In this document: positions 59,518-64,000 of the stretch, piece by piece
Layout of the letters: every line of letters starts with the position of its first letter
Numbering within the stretch: position 1 is the stretch's first letter
DNA from: Octopus vulgaris
Taxonomy: Eukaryota
Assembly (NCBI GenBank): GCA_951406725.2
Contig: OX597820.1
Location: forward strand, 112,902,001-112,966,000
Length of the DNA: 64,000 bases
Direction of reading: 5' to 3'
Notes under the pieces: model-generated
What the model saw: only the letters and a program-made list of their open reading frames with translations
Told to the model about the DNA's origin: nothing
The model's database searches: none
Translations under genes and position numbers: made by a program

Positions 59518-59741
59518 TAATTCTTTAGCATTTAAACTGACCACATCAGATCCAAATATTGTGCTTTGTTTTACATTCAAACCATCCGGATTCAGCTGCA
59601 CACACCTGTCTTACATTGCTATTTTATAAAGAAACAGTCACTTCATCAAAATCCTGAAGCTATGAGACAATGCTTAATTAATTCAAAGTAATACGAACCA
59701 GAAAGCATCACACTTGACAGAATAATCGAAATGCTAAAGGC
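59518..59741. mobile_element. MITE (piggyBac-like ends), degenerate
   Basis: CTTTAGCATT/AATGCTAAAG TIRs; homologous to 60732-60942. Confidence 0.6.
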
Positions 59742-60077
59742 TTCAGGTAGATACCAGTCAAAAGGGGATCATTTCTTGATTGTAAGTTTCCACAGCAAAA
59801 ATGCATTCTTGTATCAATGTAAAGAATCTAGCTCAGTTCTTAACAAAGACTGACTGTATTTAGCATATGCAAAGAATTACAGGGTGTAGAGTGGTGAGGC
59901 TTAAGCACTAAATTTGGAAGATATTATGTGGTAGGAATGGTGAAGTGTGATGAGTATGTGTTGTTAATCTGCATCAAATGTTGAGCCCATGGGATCTGTG
60001 ACAGCAGCTTCATATCAAAGCTATAGTCTGAAGAGTGCAGAAAAGATTGACTGAGCTGATATTGGACGTGTGTGTAA

Positions 60078-60108
60078 GTGTGTGTGTGTGTGTGTGTGTG
60101 TGCGTGCA

Positions 60109-60140
<32 letters not shown>

Positions 60141-60240
60141 CGTGAGCATGTGTATGTGTGTGTGTATGTGTGTGTATGTGTGTGTATGTGTGTGTGTGTG
60201 TGTATGTGTGTGTGTATGTGTGTGTTTGTGTGTGTGTGTT
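60078..60240. repeat. (GT)n microsatellite
   Basis: Direct inspection. Confidence 0.95.
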
Positions 60241-60731
60241 TGATGAAGAATTTTGTCAGGATAGGAAGGGCTACATGATCTTCACCAAAGCTCCATGATT
60301 GACAGGAAGAAGTTATCTTTAGACCAGAGAGCTGGAATAAATGTTTGCAACAGTGGAGACTCTGCTAAAGGCTTCCATGGACTAAATAGGAGTGTTAATC
60401 TGGATAGTGGACAGATTAAGCTTAACATCAAAACTGAGATATACATATATATATATCTATATAAACCTAGGACATCAGTTTATTTCATAAAATGATTCTG
60501 AAATAAACAAAGTACACAAACAAAAGTTACTCCCTATTCTTTCCCCCAAACAACTCCTTATCCTGCCTCCAAGCTATCCCTTGTTTGTCCCAACTACTCA
60601 CTATTCTTTCCCAATAAATACTCCCTATTCTCAAGACCTATGAACTGCTAGTCCTCTTGCAAACTGTAGCTTCAAGTTTCACGCTAGGAATGTGAATGTT
60701 CTCATCACTGACCAGGAACACAAAAACACAA

Positions 60732-60942
60732 TTAACTCTTTAGCATTTAAACTGTCCATATCCGACCCAAAATATCCTACCTGTTTTATGTTAAAACTAA
60801 CCGGATACAACCTCTTACTCAACAAAATCATTCTAAAAATATACAAACACAGCATTGAAATCTTGAATCTACAAGATAATGATTAGTTCAAAACAATGGG
60901 AATAAAGAAGCAATACAGAGAAATCTGAATGCTAAAGGGTAA
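60732..60942. mobile_element. MITE (piggyBac-like, TTAA-associated ends)
   Basis: TTAACTCTTTAGCATT ... AATGCTAAAGGGTAA. Confidence 0.65.
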
Positions 60943-61146
60943 AATGAACCTTTGAGAATATAAGAGTGATGTACTACATGTTGTATAGAAACGAAATTAA
61001 TTAATTTCCCATCTAGTTGGATAAAAAACAAAATCCTAGCATTAATTGTTGACATTTTCAAAGGAAAGGTAGACAATTTTTTGAAAATTACTAATATTAC
61101 AAAATTAGGGAAAGGAAAATCTAATTTTTCCAGGTTATAGAATATA

Positions 61147-61712
61147 TTGGGTTGTCCGGAAAGTTCGTGCCGATTTATAGTAGCTTACCTTTCGACTTAT
61201 TTTAGAACATGGTTGAGTCCATAAAGTAGGATTTGACTACACCTCCATTTAGAGCACAGTTTAAGCTATCTTTTCGAGGAAGAAGATTTATATTCCTATA
61301 ACCTGTGTTAATTTTGTAACCCTTTAAAATGGAAGATAAGAAAGTTCATCTTTGGCACTTGATGCTTTGGGAACCAGACAAAAATTGCTGCAGCTCTGCT
61401 GGGATGTGTTACCCCACCCTCTATATTCCCCAGATATTGCTCCTTCGGACTTCCACTTATTCAGGTCTCTGCAGAATAATCTTAATGGTAAAAATTTCAA
61501 TTCCTTGGATGACCTAAAAAGATACCTTGATGAATTCTTTGCCATGAAACCACCTCAATTCAGGGAAGCAGGTATTTTTAAGTTAAAGGAAAGATGGAGA
61601 CGCATTGTGCAACAAAATGGTTCATATTTGGTTGATGAAAAACGTGATGGCAACTATTTATTGACCTTTTTCCTTCCTTTAAAAATCGGCATGAACTTTC
61701 CAGACAACCCAA
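61147..61712 (+). mobile_element. Internally deleted mariner
   Basis: ~28-bp TIRs TTGGGTTGTCCGGAAAGTTCGTGCCGAT, TA TSD; HPLYSPDIAPSDFHLFRSLQN C-terminus. Confidence 0.92.
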
Positions 61713-62344
61713 TACTTTAATTGCCTATTTACTTGGTTATGTCATTTTTAATCCTTATATATATTTCACCAGTTATGTGCTCCATGCTTTTTATATATAA
61801 CACACACACACACATACACACACACATACGCGTACACACACAGACACACACACTCACACACACACACTCACACACACGCATGCAGAAACATATATATGAG
61901 TATAAGTAATTATTTTGGACTTGGGTATACACCTTTTAGTATGCTGATTAAAGCACATTCACTGTCTTTGGCTACCTGATGTCATCAACAGGTTGGATAG
62001 AAGTGCCACTGGATTACTTCAGGAATTCCTTCATATCTGTCGGGTATATAACAAATGAGAGAATGAGAAAGAAAATGGAATTCCCAAGATTATTTATTAA
62101 TCACAATGATCATTTTGACCCATTTTGCATCAGGTGAGTGAGGTACCATTTGAAAAAGCTGACGAGACACATCTGCTCTGAGGGATGCACCACAACCAGC
62201 TGTCGAAAATCTCACAGGCGAGAGACTAATGCAGGGTGGGCTGAAACAATTGTGATTAATAAAGAATCTTGTGAATTCCATTTTCTCTTTCTCTCATTTG
62301 CTTGAATATATATGTATATATATATACATATATATATTTTTAGT

Positions 62345-62534
62345 ATGTGACCTCGTCTGTATCACTAGCAATTTTTTTCCCCTGTCTTCCCTTCTCCTAT
62401 GTTTCCGACGAAGAGCTCCGCTCGAAACGTCAAACCCTCCTTCTTCCCTTCTTTCCTGAGCGTCCAATAATACTTTATTTGTTCCACGTCCTCGCGTTGT
62501 TGTTTTTTTGTTTTTGTTTTCTTGTTTTGATTAA

Positions 62535-62536
<2 letters not shown>
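62345..62536 (+). mobile_element. Short HHR-bearing element, family B
   Basis: Reverse complement of 241-450; followed by (TA)n. Confidence 0.7.
62401..62435 (+). ncRNA. Minimal type I hammerhead ribozyme (U4C)
   Basis: GTTT-CCGACGA-A-GAGC-TCC-GCTC-GAAA-CG-TC-AAAC; predicted cut after 62431. Confidence 0.65.
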
Positions 62537-62590
<54 letters not shown>

Positions 62591-62593
<3 letters not shown>

Positions 62594-62790
62594 GTCAGAA
62601 TTATGCAAAAGAAAAAAGACACAAGACAGAGACAGGTGAAGTAACAATAAACGAGATGTATTAGTTTGAGCCTCAGGAAAAATGGAAGTTGTTGCTGTTT
62701 CAAGCCTAAACTGTTCTACAAAAACAATTGAGGAAAAAAAAAAGATTGCGAGAAAGAAAATAAATTGTGTCTGAATTCATGGTTGCACAG
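62591..62790 (-). mobile_element. Degenerate family A element
   Basis: AGACAGGTG..GATGTATTAGT..TCAGGAA similar to 30-210; HHR decayed. Confidence 0.55.
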
Positions 62791-62814
62791 TGTGTATATA
62801 TATATATATATATA

Positions 62815-63505
62815 CAGGGGTTTGACAAAATAATGGAAACACCTAGCATCATAGCATTATAATTTTGAAATATCTATAAAACCGTCAAAAGCTTGTTTAT
62901 TTTTATGTTTTTTGATTTATTATTAGTGTTCCTTAATATGTTTTGCTAAAATTGCCGGTTATTTTCAGATATCATCAGAAAAAGGTAATTAAAATTCATT
63001 AAAATGACAGATCTATCGGGCTTTCAAAGAGGTCAAATAGGCGCTAGCATAACGAAAACAGCCGAAATGTTTGGTGTATTAAGAAGTCCTGTCTCGAAAG
63101 TAATGACAGCCTTTGAGAAAGAGGGAAAAACCTTCTCCTCGAAACAAAACTCCGGAAGAAAACCAAATCTTTCAGATATGGACCATCGGACTCTTACGTG
63201 AATTGTTAGGAAGGATCACAAAAGTACGGCTCCCAAAATTACTGCAGAGCTTAATGACCACCTCGAGAACCCAGTTTCTATAAAAACTGTTCACTGGGAG
63301 CTGCACAATGCCAGATTTCACGGGAGGGCTGCAATCAGAAAACCACTACTTTCAAAAACAAACGTTGCAAAGCGTTTAGAGTGGATTAAAACCTACAGAA
63401 TTGGTCCCTAGAGCAGTGGAAGAATGTTATTTTCTCGGACGAGTCATCCTTTAGCTTATTTCAGACCATCGGCCGAGTATACGCGTGGAGACACCCAAAA
63501 GATGT
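62815..63505 (+). mobile_element. Tc1-like transposon, 5' half
   Basis: TA|CAGGGGTTTGACAAAATAATGGAAACACC TIR; transposase from 63004 (paired-like HTH, SGRKP, RKPLLSK, WKNVIFSDES), truncated. Confidence 0.88.
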
Positions 63506-63534
63506 ATAGTTATTACATATACAGGCATATATAA

Positions 63535-63577
<43 letters not shown>

Positions 63578-63856
63578 TATGTAAGACATAAATACATATA
63601 TATAAATAATGATATATACATACATATACACATGGGCGCGCATAAACATCTTTTGGTATATATATATAGAAAAAGAAAAATGTAGCAGCTAGCGAAAGAA
63701 AGAGGGATGGAGAAGAGGAACGCATTGTTTAAGGACGCTATCAAATTAACGAATAGGGAGAGTAAGGATACTTTGCGTAAGGAAAGAAAAAGAAAGAGGG
63801 ATAGGTAACGGAATATGTGTAACAAACGTACACATAAAATAAAATTACGCACACAC

Positions 63857-63935
<79 letters not shown>

Positions 63936-64000
63936 AGTATATATTAGCATATAAATACACATATAAGATCACACATAAATATATGGAAATATGCACGTAA

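Noticed and set aside
62159-62228. CTGACGA-GACA...TGTC-GAAA followed by a TCTC/GAGA hairpin
   Set aside because: Core and stem II are present, but stem I does not pair and stem III is mismatched; not counted as an HHR.

Overview
Repeat-saturated, AT-rich eukaryotic intergenic or intronic DNA; the SINE repertoire and microsatellite style suggest an octopus genome (inference, no search run). No multi-exon host gene can be built; there is one candidate minus-strand exon at 58435-58582. The dominant element is a head-to-tail pair of nearly identical, full-length L1/Tx1-type retrotransposons (35646-46207; copy 2 has intact ORF1 and ORF2). Both junctions and both ends carry the 12-mer TCTACTGAGTAC, and the pair sits next to the 5' relic of a related element inside a probable non-autonomous Helitron. 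Also present: a decayed full-length Gypsy (Mag-like) LTR element (23495-28032, minus), Penelope-like fragments, R4/Dong-like RLE fragments nested in (AAT)n, RTE fragments, mariner/Tc1/hAT/piggyBac-type DNA elements, a Helitron-type element, four SINE families and many microsatellites. The most unexpected signal is about ten short non-coding elements, mostly inserted into (TA)n tracts, that carry type I hammerhead-ribozyme (HHR) folds. Two occur as roughly 1.2-mers of a 470-510 bp unit (retrozyme or Penelope pseudo-LTR-like), and several have catalytic-core variants (U4C, A6U, G3-C8, U3-A8).
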